NCBI GenBank assembly: GCA_028023455.1
Contig: JAQFVV010000008.1
Location: forward strand, 5,270,001-5,334,000
Length of the DNA: 64,000 nt
Direction: 5' to 3'
DNA from: Epiperipatus broadwayi
Lineage: Eukaryota; Animalia; Onychophora
The position numbers were made by a program, and so were the translations under genes. Below, one piece after another: positions 27,990 through 41,856 of the stretch; positions within the stretch are counted from its first letter, which is position 1; each line of letters begins with the position of its first letter. A model generated the notes under the pieces. The model ran no database searches, was not told where the DNA came from, and saw only the letters and a program-made list of their open reading frames with translations.

Positions 27990-30720
27990 GTCCCAGGAAG
28001 TTACAAAGTATGGTTTGAAACTGATGCAAAAGGTGCTAAGAATTACTTGATTGTAGTCCAAACTTCCAATTTGATAATGATCTTTTTATTTAATTACCTA
28101 TAATGATATATTACTTTCTAGTGAGATTTCATGACTTGAAAAAACTATCTAATATTAAATGGGACATTGTTAGATTTATAAAGTTAAAAGAAAAGATAAA
28201 AGTGCAATTGATTTGAAACATGAACAAGTATTTTGCTCCAAAAGCATAAGTATTAGAATCCCAGTGGAGTGAGATTCATTATAAATATAAAAAATAGAAA
28301 ACATTAGGATATTGATAGAATATCAATTCAATTTGAAAAATTCTTTATTCAATTCAATGGAAGATACCAAATTTTTACATGGTAGGAAAATTTTCATTGT
28401 GATGAAAAGTAGATTTTCATTTCGATATATGTTGGAATTAGAAAATAAGTGAAAGGTGAATATGCTATAAGCTAATGTAGTAGAGATTAAAATGGGTGTG
28501 AATGTAGATTTATGAATTTTTCAGGAAAAAACAACCTGTATATTATAAATTCCTTTTTTTAAAAAAATGCTAAATAGAAGTACATTTAGAAACATTCAAA
28601 TGAAGATATGAAAGAACTGAATTATAATATGACTAAAAAAACATGCATTTAAAAATTATGTTTTAATACATTAAACACATGATGTAGTCATTGGTTAGTG
28701 AAAAATAAGATACATGTGAATGTAAGCTAGAGAGAAGAAAACTATTAAGAAAGACAGTTCTAAAAATTAATATTTTTAACCTTCAAAATAAAATTAAATT
28801 AAAACTTAAAAATCATTTTAAAATATTTGCAGACTTTGAAAGTTGTTTAGATTTGATTAATAAGAATCAGTTTTTTGGTAAACATTCAAATAAAATAATT
28901 TGCAAAGAAAAGAGGTAATATGAAAATCTTCAAAAATGATTTATATGAAATTCTGTGAAATGATATGGAAAAGAAATAATAATATAAAAAAATATTATTA
29001 GTAATTTGTTAGAAAACTGATAGAAAAGAATAAGAGTTTTAAAAGTGTAAAACAGCACATGTTTATGCCATTACTAAAAGGAATGACATCATAAAATGTA
29101 TAGAAGAGTTTTACAAAGTACTATATAGTAAATTCTTTAAAAAAAATAGTAATTCCAACAAGTACAACATTTTTTGAATTTCCATGCATTTTAAAAAAAG
29201 CAGTGAGACTTGCAAAAAAATCTATAAAAATCAGGAACTAATGGATTAATTATTGCTATGGTAATGCATATAAAAAAAATAGAGAAATTGTTAACAAAAC
29301 TATTTATAAAAAATGTTTAAATAATAAGGTTTTACCAGATGATGAGAAGATGGTTAATAATGATAATGATAATTAAAAATGGTGAAAAGGACATTAGAAA
29401 TTACAGACCTGTCAATCTTGATCAGTTCTATATAGATCATCATTAAAATTTCTATATTTGAATTTTGGCCTTGAATCAAACAAAAAAACAAATTGAATTT
29501 TAAAGTTGTTTTTACAGTTTACATCCAAGTATTACTGAGAAATTATAGAAATGATCAATAAATATGAATTGCTATTATACTTTAGATGTAATTAATGGGG
29601 TTTAAACCCAGAGTTTCAAGCTTTTTACAGTCTCCACTCTACCCAATATAACTAATACACATGACTACATACATATGAAAAAGATAAATGCTCTCCAATA
29701 TATGTATTTCTCATAAGTTGGTCCAGATCATCTCCCATACGTATATATTATCAACGCTTGGTTTGTATTAAGATAGCAAATCTACACACTTTAATAGATA
29801 GGCTTTGATCCTCTCACTCTCCAACTCTTCAACCATCTATATTATGCTTTATATTTATTAAAAGACATTTGACTCTTCAAAGTTGCCATGGTCAGTAAAG
29901 TTTTCAACCATAGAACAAGTAAACTTGTGACTTTTTCATATTTTCAAAAAAATTGTCAATGTGCAATCAGATGGTCTCTCTATCAAGATTAGTTAACATT
30001 GATAAAAATATATGACAGGATGGTTCTATATCTCCAAAACATTTTATAGCAGTTTTTCTATAAGTATTTTGTGGATTAAAATCGAATGTCAAAGGAATAA
30101 AATCAATGAAGATTATTTAACTCATCATTTTTAGAGATGTGTAGTTATTTATCATATAATGTTTCAGACTTTTTTTAATAATCATGAATTAGAACTTAAC
30201 ACTTACAGATACATTGGTCAGATTATTAATACTGATGAAAGCATAGTAGATGAGATTAACCATAAAACTAAACTTAGATAGAATGTTTTAATAGAAATAA
30301 TATAATATTAAAAGAAATTATGCTTATGAAAATAATAATAATAATAATAAATATGTTTGCAAGTTTTGAAATATATATTAATTTTTAACAAATGTTTTAC
30401 TAGTTCTTACAACTGAATTTGAGATTTGAATGGTTAACAGAAGAGCAATATAAAGATTTCAAGCAACATAATGAATAATAGGAAAAAATAAAAACAAAAG
30501 ACTAGACATATTGTTAGAAGAGTTGATAAAAGATAGACAATTGAAGCCATAAATTGGATTCCAAGAGATTGGAAAAGACGTCAAAAGAAACTACTTATAA
30601 GATCAATAGATAAGATAAGGAAGTTTGCCAGAATGATGTAGAGAAGCCATGGATCAGAAAAATTGATTTATATTTATTGAAATCTTCATAATTCAATGCA
30701 TTGTCAAAGGGTATGGATGT
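27990..30720 (+). mobile_element. Decayed RTE-clade LINE (endonuclease and RT), interrupted at 29573-29850
   Basis: Relic motifs in order: DIRNYRPVNL, HIQVIT/EIIEMINKYELLLYF, (insertion), KTFDS, SISPKHFIAV..VFCGL..KGIKIN.DYLTH, HIVRRVDKR*TIEAINWIPRDWKR. Confidence 0.85.
29573..29850 (-). mobile_element. Single-arm family D insertion inside the RTE RT domain
   Basis: Probable 11-bp TSD TATTATACTTT (29573-29583) / TATTATGCTTT (29840-29850). RT homology resumes immediately after it. Hammerhead internally deleted. tRNA-like 3' end TAGTTATATTGGGTAGAG...GGGTTTAAACCCC. Confidence 0.75.
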
Positions 30721-32757
30721 TATATACTAAGTAATTTGGCAGTCAGAATGACTGTTTTATTTACGATAAAAATCACCTAAACAGCTGAGTCCTTTGAAAT
30801 TTCATAGAACATTACTACTATTATTTGACAGAGGAAAGAAATGTTCATGAATACAGTAGAGCTATGCACTATACTATATCTAACCACATGACTTCAATTA
30901 TTTACTAGCCTAAGCATAAGTAAAAAAACAAACAAATAAAAATGTAAATAAATAAACAAAAAAACATGAAGATTTAAAAGTTTTATAATATATGTCAGCT
31001 ATTTTTATTCACAATTACATATATTAATAAAATTGCTTCATTTTTTTTTTTGAAAGTGCATATTTTATTCTTCCTTTAGCTTCCTTTCCAAACCTGATTT
31101 GCAGTATTTTGCATAATGAAATATTTTTTAGGAGTAAAGCTAAATATTTTACAACATACTTAAACTTAATATTGATTTTAAAACATTAAAATAATTAGAG
31201 ATCATAATTTCTTGATAAAGAGACTAATCTATTAGGTTTTTGCAAAAAAAGTCATTGAAAAATAAGAATATTACCCAGAATGCATTTAATAGTTATGAAA
31301 GTCATGCATTTCACTATTGACTTCTGTTTTCAAAATAAAAGAATAGCACTTAGTTGTTTTTTCTTATTCTATTTGCTTGATTCAATGCATGAGTGAATAC
31401 TCAAAACATGTATAAATGTATCCTTCAATTTATTATTAATTATTATATTATTATAAATTTTGATTATATTATTTATATGTTCATACTTTATATATCAAAA
31501 TGCATCTGACTTATATATGTGTGTGCATGTTGAAAAGTACTCACAGTTTAATAAACAATGTATATTCTATTCCAATCAAAAAAATGTGAGTTTTTATGCA
31601 ATATATACTGACTGACAAAGGACTTAGCTTTTTGAGTATTAATTATTAATCAAAGTCATTATATGTTGCATTCAAAACATTAAGTATGTTCTGTAAATAA
31701 ATCTTTTGGATTGATAAGAGTAGCACAGACAACATTCTATTATAAATATAGAAGCCAAAAAATTAAGTTTGTGTTTTTGTTTTTAATTGATTCAAATAAA
31801 AATATCCCTCATCAAACCTATATTTATTTTGAATATTCATGAAGCTACCTATAAACAGTTCCATAAAAATTGAAAACAAAGATGTTTAACATCAATTTTC
31901 ATTTCAAATGTTTCAGAATTTTCACTTTTAATAAAAGCATTTCTTTTTATTCCATCATATAGGTTTTCTAGTTCAAATAAATTTTGATGAGCAATAAAAT
32001 TTCAAGAAATGCCATAAACTTATTTAATTATTTGATCAAATCAATAAAATCATTGCTCAAAAATATTTGAAAAGAGTTATTTAGAGATCAACTGAAACAT
32101 TTCTCAATGTGACATACGATATTTTATGAACTCATCATTAATATAACTTTCATAAATCCTCAATTATAAAGATGTATGTTGTAAAGTAGTTTAAACATAT
32201 CTAGCTACAGAAAATTATATTTTATCATCATAAACTACGAATGAATGTTAATTTTGAAATAACTTAGTATATTTTACTTTGTATAAATTTTATATGATTT
32301 TATGAGATGTATATAAAATAAACTATTATAATAATTGATATAAACATTATCTCTAATTTATATGATAAATAATTAAAGTTTAAGTCATATTTTTGTTTTT
32401 ATATTATAAAAAGCATAATTTACAGAATAATTAATTATTATTTATAAATATTCGGTTTTGACAATTTTAAATAAAATCAAAAAAAAAAAATCAACTTTTT
32501 AGTTACCAAAATACTTAAAATCTTAATTTTAAATATAATAAAACTAATAAAAATATTTATAAATCAGTTAAACAGTTATATACATTTACATTTACTGAAA
32601 CTAGAACTTAATACACTGTACAGGCTTACACACACCTGCACATATAATGTAATATATAAAGGACTCGAACTCAAACTTTCACATGATCCTCAACTCTCCA
32701 TGACATCTCACATTACTGACCCACCTGATCACACCCATGTTGACAAGATAAATAAAT

Positions 32758-32801
32758 ACCAATATATGTATTTCGTGCTGAACCAGCACTCATCAGTTGT
32801 T
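32758..32801 (-). ncRNA. Minimal type I hammerhead, family D (left arm)
   Basis: Reverse complement AACAA-CTGATGA-GTGCT(GGTTC)AGCAC-GAA-ATACATAT-A-TTGGT. Confidence 0.75.
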
Positions 32802-33012
32802 CCAAATTACCAACTCCACACATATATACAATCAGTGCTCAGCTTTATATTAAGATAGCCAATCTTCATACTTTAATGGACAGGCTTCAAACTACTCCAA
32901 ACCACAACTCTTCACCCATCCATTTGAAGCCTGTCCATTAATCTATGAAGATTGACTATCTTAATATAAAGATGAGCATTGATTGTATATATGTGTGGAG
33001 ATTGTAATCTGG

Positions 33013-33056
33013 ATCAACTGATGAGTGCTGGTTTAGCACGAAATATGTATATTGGT
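33013..33056 (+). ncRNA. Minimal type I hammerhead, family D (right arm); canonical core intact
   Basis: ATCAA-CTGATGA-GTGCT(GGTTT)AGCAC-GAA-ATATGTAT-A-TTGGT. 5-bp stem I, 5-bp stem II with G10.1-C11.1, AUA cleavage triplet. Confidence 0.85.
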
Positions 33057-36000
33057 GATTATATATCTTTTCAACATATGTGTGGTTAGGTGGGTCAGCA
33101 ATATGAGATGACATGAAGAGTTTAGGGTTGTGTGAAAGTCTGAGTTTGAGTCCTTTATATAAAACTATTCTCAAAATCAAAATAACAGAATAACATTTCA
33201 TAATCTGCCATATTTTTCATAGATGCAGGTTTCTTAATTAAACAATTTCTAAATTGAAGGATAATGCTAAAATTATGTAAATCTGTCTGAGATTTAATAA
33301 ATAGAACAAGATTATTAGTGTACTAGTGTGAGACCTAAAACAAACTTAGATTTCATATAACACAAAATGTAACAGCAATGTCAAAATAATTAATTACAAT
33401 AATACATAATATCAATGGTATAAAAATTCAAAAATTTTTAACACTCAGTTTTTTAATTTAGTTTTTATTATATATATTTACTTATTTAAATACCATATCT
33501 ACTACTTCTGGCATTATGTTTTATAAAGACATTATCATTTTAGAAATGTATTTCTTTATTGTGATTGAAGATTTGTTCATAAATGGATATTTTTTATTTA
33601 TATTTTAAACGAATCATTTCTTTTTCTTTACCATTTATATTATCAACTATAATTTTTGAAGATTTAGTAATATAGATATATTTATTAGTAATTAATTCAA
33701 TTATACAATTTTTACATTTTACTTATTTTCCAAGTTCGATGTACTCTTCAAGATGTTTGTGTAATTTTATTTTATTTTTCATTGATTAAATATCTTAATT
33801 ATTGACAATTCATCAACATTTTTGAAACACTCTAAGAAGACTGTCCATATATTCAAACCCTCTATCCCCAACATAATTTGCATTGAGAAAAACAACATCA
33901 AATGGAAAATTTAGGGAAGCATACTTCATTGCTGGTAACAGTAACTCTATCAATAGACATGACACCTGCTTTGACATCTCCAAATGCTGGAATATCTAAA
34001 TAATTTGCATGTATTTTGCATATCACCATTATCTCCCTATTCTGCACTTCTCAGTATTGCTATGACTATGAGGCAACCCATCTCGAAAGCGCTAAGTGTT
34101 TAATAATTTTGCACTCTTTATAGCTTCTCTTTCAAGTGCTTCACACGCTTTTAATTTTATTTAATTATTCACTATAAGAGATAGTAATCAACTATAAAAA
34201 TATATTGCATTCATCACAATATCCTCCTTTATAATTTATTACTGTTTTTTATATCATATTTGAAAAATAATAATAGGCATCTCATCCATGATAATTGCTT
34301 GATCAGTTTTAGTATTTTATAATTTCTAGGATTTCAAAAAGGTATTACAGATGATTCTCTTTGAATGTATTTTATTTTAATGTATTCATCAATAAATTCA
34401 TTAAATTAAAATTCTACCATCAAAGAGTGGGTCAGCTTCTTGGACACCTAATTATTTATTATTTGTAATTTATTGTGAAATTTTCATTTGGGAATTGAAA
34501 TAAGCATTCATGCAGATTAATATGAAGAAGTAAAATGACAACATCTAAAACATGTTTTGTCAGTATATACTATGCATTCACTACTTCAAGTTTTGTAGTT
34601 AAATAAAATAACATGTTTAACATGTGTTCTCTAAATGATTGCAATACAAAGCAATACTTCTTATTTTTAAAAAAGTACAGTTTCAGAGTACAGTTATAAT
34701 AAAAGGTATTATAATAGAGCATTTAATGATTCTAGAATTGTCTTTAAATAAGAAAAAAAAGATTACTGCTATCAACAATAAATTGAAATAACAGTAGAGA
34801 ATCCTGTGATGCTCTGTTTGATTTATTATTTCTATCACCAACTTAAATTTACTTTGCATTAGATCATTAAATATAAAGTTGCTGATCAATTTCAAATCTA
34901 TTTAGCTAGAAAGTAAAGTTGTTTTGAGTTTGAACCTTTAAGTTGTTTGAATATTTTAAATTCTTAAGTTGAATGACAAAATTTGAATAAAAATTATAGT
35001 AAATCAGAATGATATAAAATAGTATTTCTTCAACAGAAAGAGTTCAGTAATATAGAATTGGTCATGGAAATCATCTTACATGATGTTTGATGTTTAATGA
35101 CTATTTATGTTTAAGGACTTGGCTTTTTTTTAAAGGAGAAAGTCATTTCAAATGCAGAATTTACTTAATTTCATAATTCTGTAAAACTAATTGATTACTT
35201 CTGAATCAAAGAGTATATTTCTGAAGATAAACAATGCAATAATTTATTTTTTCTTTTCATGAGACAGAATAATGCTTTTTAAAAATGATTCTTTTTTATA
35301 ATCCTGATTTTTGTCAAAACCTTCTATTGATAATATCTCTTAAAATAAGCTTAGGAGATATTATCAATAGTTAGACTACTTCTGGCTTAATTTTTATTAA
35401 TGTTAAAGTATATCTTAGTTGTACAAGCAAATTTGTATGCTTTTTTGTTTTGTTGAAGAATAAATCATGAGCTGTTAACTATCAGCTGTTGCAGAGGTAA
35501 GCAACTCATCAGAAATATGTAATTTGCTTTGTTATCGGTAAGTTTAATAATAAATCTTCTATTGGTTTGTTGTTGGCTTTTCTATTCTATTAATATAAAT
35601 TATAGTTTTTATTAAAATTTAATTATCATGTTAAAGACAAATTGACCCACATGATACTTAAAGATAAATAAAATAGAAGTATACTTTTTTTATTTATTTT
35701 AATTTTGACATTTATTTTTGTTATGTAATAAAAGAAAAATATATATATATATTTTAATTTTGTTTTTCTAGTAGTTTAAAAAGCTCTTAACTTTATAAAC
35801 TCTAAAGGTATAAAAAAATTAATTACTACACAATGTTGCCTTTAGCAAATATAAATTACTCAATCATTTATATGAAAACTAATATTTATTCTTTGTTCAA
35901 TTTTATGTATTTTTAGAAATAAATACATTGTTATTAAAATCTGCTGATGCAAATAAAATATATATAAATAATTCAGAATATTCCATAAATTCTATCCATT

Positions 36001-36638
36001 ACGGATTTAATATATGTATTGCAGACAATGAAATACATATATGGATAAGAGAAAACAAATCTCATAGAAAATCAACTTGAAAAGTTCATCAAAATTTAGC
36101 AGATTAGATAGACTTATGTTTGCAAACTTATTACACAATTAAAATTCGGGATAAATACAAAATAAACCACGTAGATGACTTTGACAAATCAAATGATTCT
36201 CTGAAGTAATTTTTGTAGAAGCAAAAAATTAAAATGTAGCATCCTTGCATTTTTAAAGATCTCACAATAACTTTAATATAAACTTCAGCTTCTACAGAAA
36301 TTAAGTGAACGTAATTTTTATCAACATATGGAATTTTAAATGTGCTCGTGTATAAGTAAGTTTTCAGTCTGCATATTGTATTGTTACATATCAGTAAATA
36401 ATCTTCTGGTAATTATGTTAATAGCATTTTTCTGTAATAATCGGATATTTGTTTGTTTTTTCATATAGCTTCATTAAAATTTTCTTTATTTTTCTTGTTG
36501 TTTCCTATATATGTTTTTCTATAATCACGATTATTGCAATCTCTTTTTATGCACATATATAACTATAGCCGTGCGTGATTTGACATGTAGACAGAGCATC
36601 CAACGATGGTCTAGCACTCGAACTTCTCACGACTCCCG

Positions 36639-36728
36639 AATAAGAAACTCACATGATCACCATCTATGCTAGCACATAACAGTATGCACTGCTGTATGGA
36701 GAGTTATTCCCATTTAATAAAAAACTCA
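36639..36728. mobile_element. Smallest family A insertion (tail plus terminal arm only)
   Basis: 13-bp TSD AATAAGAAACTCA (36639-36651) / AATAAAAAACTCA (36716-36728). CATGATCACCATCT..GCTAGCACATAAC joined to ACTGCTGTATGGAGAGTT. Confidence 0.8.
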
Positions 36729-38199
36729 TGTGCCTTTTTATATATATAAACCTTATATATATATGTTGACAAACGTTTATTTATTTCTTTGTTTGCATTC
36801 ACTTATGCTTTTTAGATGTTATTCCATTAATACGTAATCTATTTTTGAAACCTAATAATGAAATTTACAGCTTTATTTATTATTTCTTTTTACTTTTTTA
36901 ACTTCATCTAAAAATGTTTTATATATTTAAGTTGCTTTTGAAAAAAAATAATAATTTGCATTTTTGATGTAAGTGTTTTAGCAATTAAAAAAAAATTGTT
37001 TACATTTCTAAGAATTTTTTGAAACCTTTTTAATTTTCTTTTATGTAAGACTTCAATTTGTTTTTATTACATAAGGTAAACTTTCACTTTTCTTTTTAAT
37101 TGTACTGTTAAATTATAATGTCAAAATTCTTCTCTGCTTCAATTTTTTTTAAAGTGATATAAAAAATGACGGTTAGAATTTTGATTTAAAGTAAAACTTT
37201 ATTATTATTACATTGAAAGAGATTGTATATATAGGAAATATATATAAAATGTATATAGTAGTCTCTCAGTATGCTTACAGTTTAATAATTATTTTATCAA
37301 ACTATAATTTAAACTTGAATTCATACATTTTATATAGATTTGCTTGACTAATTAGGAATCATTTCTCAGTTAATCATGTTCTTGTTTTACGAATTCAGTT
37401 TGCACTCAGCAAATACTGTCATTGTTATTCTCTCTCACTTTATTACTGTATTCATTTCATAACTACATTACTTTTTCATTATTATTTATTTTTGTTGATG
37501 GATTAGTGTTTATTTTTTTAATATATATTGAATGATAGGTATGCGTATATATGTTAAACACAAATATTCATATTCGATCAAAGATTAGCTGCTCAAAAAG
37601 TCATGTGATATTCAAGTACCTAAACAGACAGTTTGAGATTTAATTGTTTGAAATTTTTAGCTTTTGAGTCCATGTGTATCATCAAATCTCGATTCAGTTT
37701 TAAAAGTATCAAGCTCAAGTTGGAAGAGCAACATTTAAAGAGAGCTTTAATTTGCTTGCTTTTTATATCAACACAAACAGCATCAATAAATCCTAATGGA
37801 ATGTAAAGCCTATATATTTCTAATTAAAACATAAAAAGTTCTCATGCCTAATTCTTCATATCCATCAATTGTATAGTATTTGCTCCATAGATCATTACTC
37901 ATTTTTAAAATATATGTATTTTGTCATTGAAAATGATTTCCTCTCTTTGCCACTACATTGTTTGTGATTAAACAGCATAATATTATTTATGATCTTTAAA
38001 AACTTTTAATATTTTTATTAAACATAATCTTGAATCAAATGTAAATTTTCTAAAATGACAAAAATATTTCTGAGATTTTTTTTATTTATTATCACAAAAT
38101 TGATACATGGCAACAAAATGGAGTTTAAATGAGTAATTATGAATATTTTGATAGTTAAGAATTCATATATATTAAACTCTTCTATGCTCTCCTCATATA

Positions 38200-38300
38200 C
38201 ACCTTAATGCTAATTTTATATACAATTATTCCTTTATTTTCCTTATAGTTTTGATTGTCCTGCAGTCTTCATCAGGGCTACATTTAAACATATAATCATA
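38200..38300 (-). mobile_element. Single family C arm with hammerhead relic
   Basis: Reverse complement GCCCTGATGAAGACTGCAGGACAATCAAAAC, homologous to the arms of 297-1078. Confidence 0.7.
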
Positions 38301-38811
38301 TAACCATTATTTTTATTTAAGAATTGTAAAGGAAAATAATAATAACTTCATGCATAATTATGAAGCCCATAATTTTTAAAAACAGTTTGAAAATTTTAAA
38401 AATGAGATGTGTTTGTTTATAAGTAATATTATTTGACAACAACTTCAAAATTAACATATGATAATTGCTTAAAAATTGATTAATTGTATTAAAGAATCTG
38501 AAATAAAAAAATTAATTAGTAACCAGCTAAATTGTAAATATCTTAATATAACTATGCATATTTTTGTTATAATATAAAGCAAAGAAAATGTGGTTTTATT
38601 ATTTAATTTGTTTATTATTAGATTTAATAAATATGATTATGAGTCAAATTAAATTAACAATATAGGGAAAGTGGCATAAATAACTTTAATGTTGCCATCT
38701 AAAATAAAATGAATTTAATTTAATTTTTAAAATTACTGTTTTAAAAAGTTTTGTAAATAGTGTAAAATAAAAATAAAAATTTGAAGAAATACTTTTTTTA
38801 TATATGTCAAA

Positions 38812-38882
38812 TGTGTTGACTGGGATGTGAACCTGGGCCAGCTGCTTGGAAAGCAGCTATGCTAACTGCTGGCCACCAATGT
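38812..38882 (-). pseudogene. tRNA-Gly(TCC) pseudogene or SINE head
   Basis: Reverse complement ACATTGGTGGCCAGCAGTTAGCATAGCTGCTTTCCAAGCAGCTGGCCCAGGTTCACATCCCAGTCAACACA aligns end to end with the conserved animal tRNA-Gly-TCC. TCC anticodon kept; all CpGs lost; T-loop damaged. Confidence 0.88.
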
Positions 38883-40550
38883 TTGACCATAAATACTTTA
38901 ATTTACATAAATGAACTAAAAAGGAAAAAAAAATATTTTAAAAAATTTAAAAAAAAAAAACTTTTATTTATATAAATATACTAAAAAAAATTAAATTTTT
39001 TTCTCTGCTATGTTTAGAAATAGCTTTAATTCAATTTGTTCTAAATTTTATGTGTTTTTATCAAGAAAAAATTAAAGTTTAACATTTTTTACTTAATATT
39101 TTTTAATGTAAATAAAAGAAGTATATATAAGTTCTGTAGGCTTATTCAATAGAATATTTAAATTTTAAAATGTTTCTAAATAATTCACAAGTCAGGTTTC
39201 AAAGAATCATTTAACAAATGGGGAAATAATGTCCACTTTTTATACCAATGCCTATCTATTCATCAAATAAAAAAAGTACTTTTTAAACTAATGAATCTAC
39301 ATTGATACAAAAAAAGTGGGTATTATTTACTAATTTATTTAAATGATTTAAAATCTGTCTATGAATTAGCATAGCTTATTTATGAGATTGTTAAAATTGT
39401 TAGCATATATTTTTTTCTCATGTAAAGTATAACTAGGAATTTTTCTAAATATGAGTGATTTGTGCTTTTGTATGTGAAAGTCAAAAAAATATATTTTTCT
39501 TTTTTTTTTAATCCATTTTTGTGAGTAAAAGCATATCCTTAAATATATATTATATTTTTTGGTTTTTAATGCATTTATATAAATAAAAGTATTTCTTTAA
39601 TTTTTTTTATTTATACTTTTTATCTTCTACTTTTTAATTTTATATATGTGACAGTGAATTATCAAAATGAAGTGAATTTATTTAAATTATATTTTATTTG
39701 TGCAGAAAGATTAAAAAGCAGAATAAATTAAATAATATCATATTAAAAAAGTCAAGAGTTCTAGTTTACAACGATCATTCAGTTTTCAATTATAATAAGT
39801 GTTCTAGACACTACAAACATCAAAGTTATATATAAAATTAAAATTTTTAAATTTCCACCAATTTTTGACTAAAGTTATCTGAAAACTTTTAAAAAAATTA
39901 TTATCATTAAGAATACATATATATGCAGAGTTTTCAAGTAGATTAGAAACTGGAAAATGGTAAAACATTGAGATACTAGATTTTATTCAGATGGACTAAA
40001 ATGCAGAATGAATTAAATAAAAACATAAAAAAAATGTTGTATCCATTCAAATAAAAACTTATTGCGTAGATAAAACCAAGAATTTTGGTACTTGTGAGTT
40101 TTCCTGTAAACCAAGATGGCCTTTTTTCCCTATAATCTACATTTTCAGGGGTTTGCCAAAAATGTTTATTAAAAATGGTTACTAGGAAATATCATATTTA
40201 ATATTTACATTTTAATTTATTATTATTACTGTTATTTTTTTTTAAAAAAAATCATTGTGGAAAAATTAATTACAATAATTATATTTTTATTTTTGCTTTT
40301 TTTGTATATTATTAACAGAAAAATGAATAAATATATATATATATATAATATTTAAATTGTATTTATGTCAGCAGTATGCAAATCTAAGTGTAGTTGGAAG
40401 TGAAAATTTTGAGCCCTCAAACCACATTTCTTTATAAAGAGATATTCTGTTTAAACAAGATTTCACATTGCATTGCCATTGTGAGGGTGTTTATAAAGTT
40501 TCATATTGTGACCATTAATGCAGTATTTTCTAGAGTGCATGATAACATAC

Positions 40551-40702
40551 CTTTGGAAATACTCCACTGCATCACGTTCTGTAACAGGAAAGTCCAAATT
40601 TGGATCATGTTGACAATTTACCAAAAAAATTGCTGACAAAAAGAAACACGCTGAATTGAACCAAAGTAGGACAATGTTAAGAATCTCTTGTTGCTTCCAC
40701 AT
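40551..40702 (-). CDS. Candidate first coding exon of a secreted protein, possibly a matrix metalloproteinase pre-pro region
   Basis: ACA-ATG start, then MWKQQEILNIVLLWFNSACFFLSAIFLVNC (hydrophobic, signal-like) QHDPNLDFPVTERDAVEYFQ-R, ending at a consensus donor AG|GTATGT (phase 2). GC is above the flanks. AVEYFQR resembles MMP pro-domain helix 1 (A..YL.[RK][FY]GY). No further exon found. Confidence 0.5.
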
Positions 40703-41704
40703 TGTAATATAATTAAAAAAAATTGAAATAAAGATTCTTAATGAAATTTATCAGAATTTATTACTTTTTTTAATTTAAAATTTGATTTATTAATTTTTTT
40801 TTCATTTAACAACCATCACATTTTTGGAAGATTTTAGACCCTTGAAACTATATATTTATATAAAAAATTCACAATTACCACCATTTTTCATCATCAGACT
40901 GATAGTAATTCATCAACTTCATTAGCCCAGCTAAATCATCCACTCTATTCTTTATCAGTTGTTGATTTTATTCATTCATAGTTTATGGGAGAATTAGGTT
41001 ACTTCTGATTCGATTTCATATATAAAGCTCTGCATTGGATATTTATATGTACAAACGCTACTACTATAAATAGTTAAATAAAGATTTGACTTTTTTTTAA
41101 AAAAATTATACAAAATTTGTAGTTTAAAAGTATAATGTGTGTGTTTTTTATTTTTAAGGAAAATGGATTTTGAATTAGGGATGTAGATGCCAGCTGTGTT
41201 TTTTTTTTTTTTCTGCTTGAAAAATAACAAAAAAAAATTAAAAATAAATGTTAACTCCACTTTTCTTTTAATAAAAATCTAGTTTTGATGTTTTTTTTTC
41301 TTAAGTAATATTCTTTTTCTCATTTTTCTTCTATAAATTGATTTTTATTTGATTTTAAATTTTTAGTTATGTATAAAAGCATTAATTTAGAATTGATTAT
41401 TTTATTTTTAAAAGCTTGTAAAAGCAACATATTATTATCATTACAATAAAGAAAAGATTTTTTTTTAAAAAAATCCATATCATTGTTGTAATCAATATTT
41501 ATCTAATCAATATTCAAACTGTATTGTAGCATAATAGATATTCTATTCATCAGTTATGTTCCCTACTTGAAATTTTTGTCAATCTGATTAAAAATTTCAA
41601 AACAAAACAAAGTTAATAATTTTTATTAGTCATTTATTAGACTAGAAATTATTCATTTAATGAATAATATTTCTGTAGTGTAATTTTCACCACACTGTCT
41701 TTTT

Positions 41705-41856
41705 TTAACACTTTGTGTAGGGGTGAAATCATAAACTTATGACCCAAGACATGTAAAAAAGATGTATAATGCCTAAAGTTTAGCATGAAATATGCATCTT
41801 GAGGATCATCCATCTTTTTCATATGTATATGATTACATTTTACCACAAAGGGTTAA
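41705..41856. mobile_element. Possible piggyBac-type MITE relic
   Basis: TTAA at both ends (41705-41708, 41853-41856). Imperfect TIR TTAACACTTTGTG / TTAACCCTTTGTG. Confidence 0.4.

Larger units (their letters stand above)
32653..33161. mobile_element. Family D fold-back with well-preserved hammerheads
   Basis: Arms 32653-32891 / 32923-33161 with a 31-nt spacer. No TSD found. Confidence 0.92.

Noticed and set aside
36560-36640. CpG-rich stretch with GTTCGAG as a tRNA-like part of family A
   Set aside because: It lies outside the 13-bp TSD, so it is target DNA; no cloverleaf could be built.
40372-40437. Plus-strand terminal exon QYANLSVVGSENFEPSNHISL*
   Set aside because: Only an acceptor-like TCAG and 21 codons; no recognisable homology or upstream partner exon.
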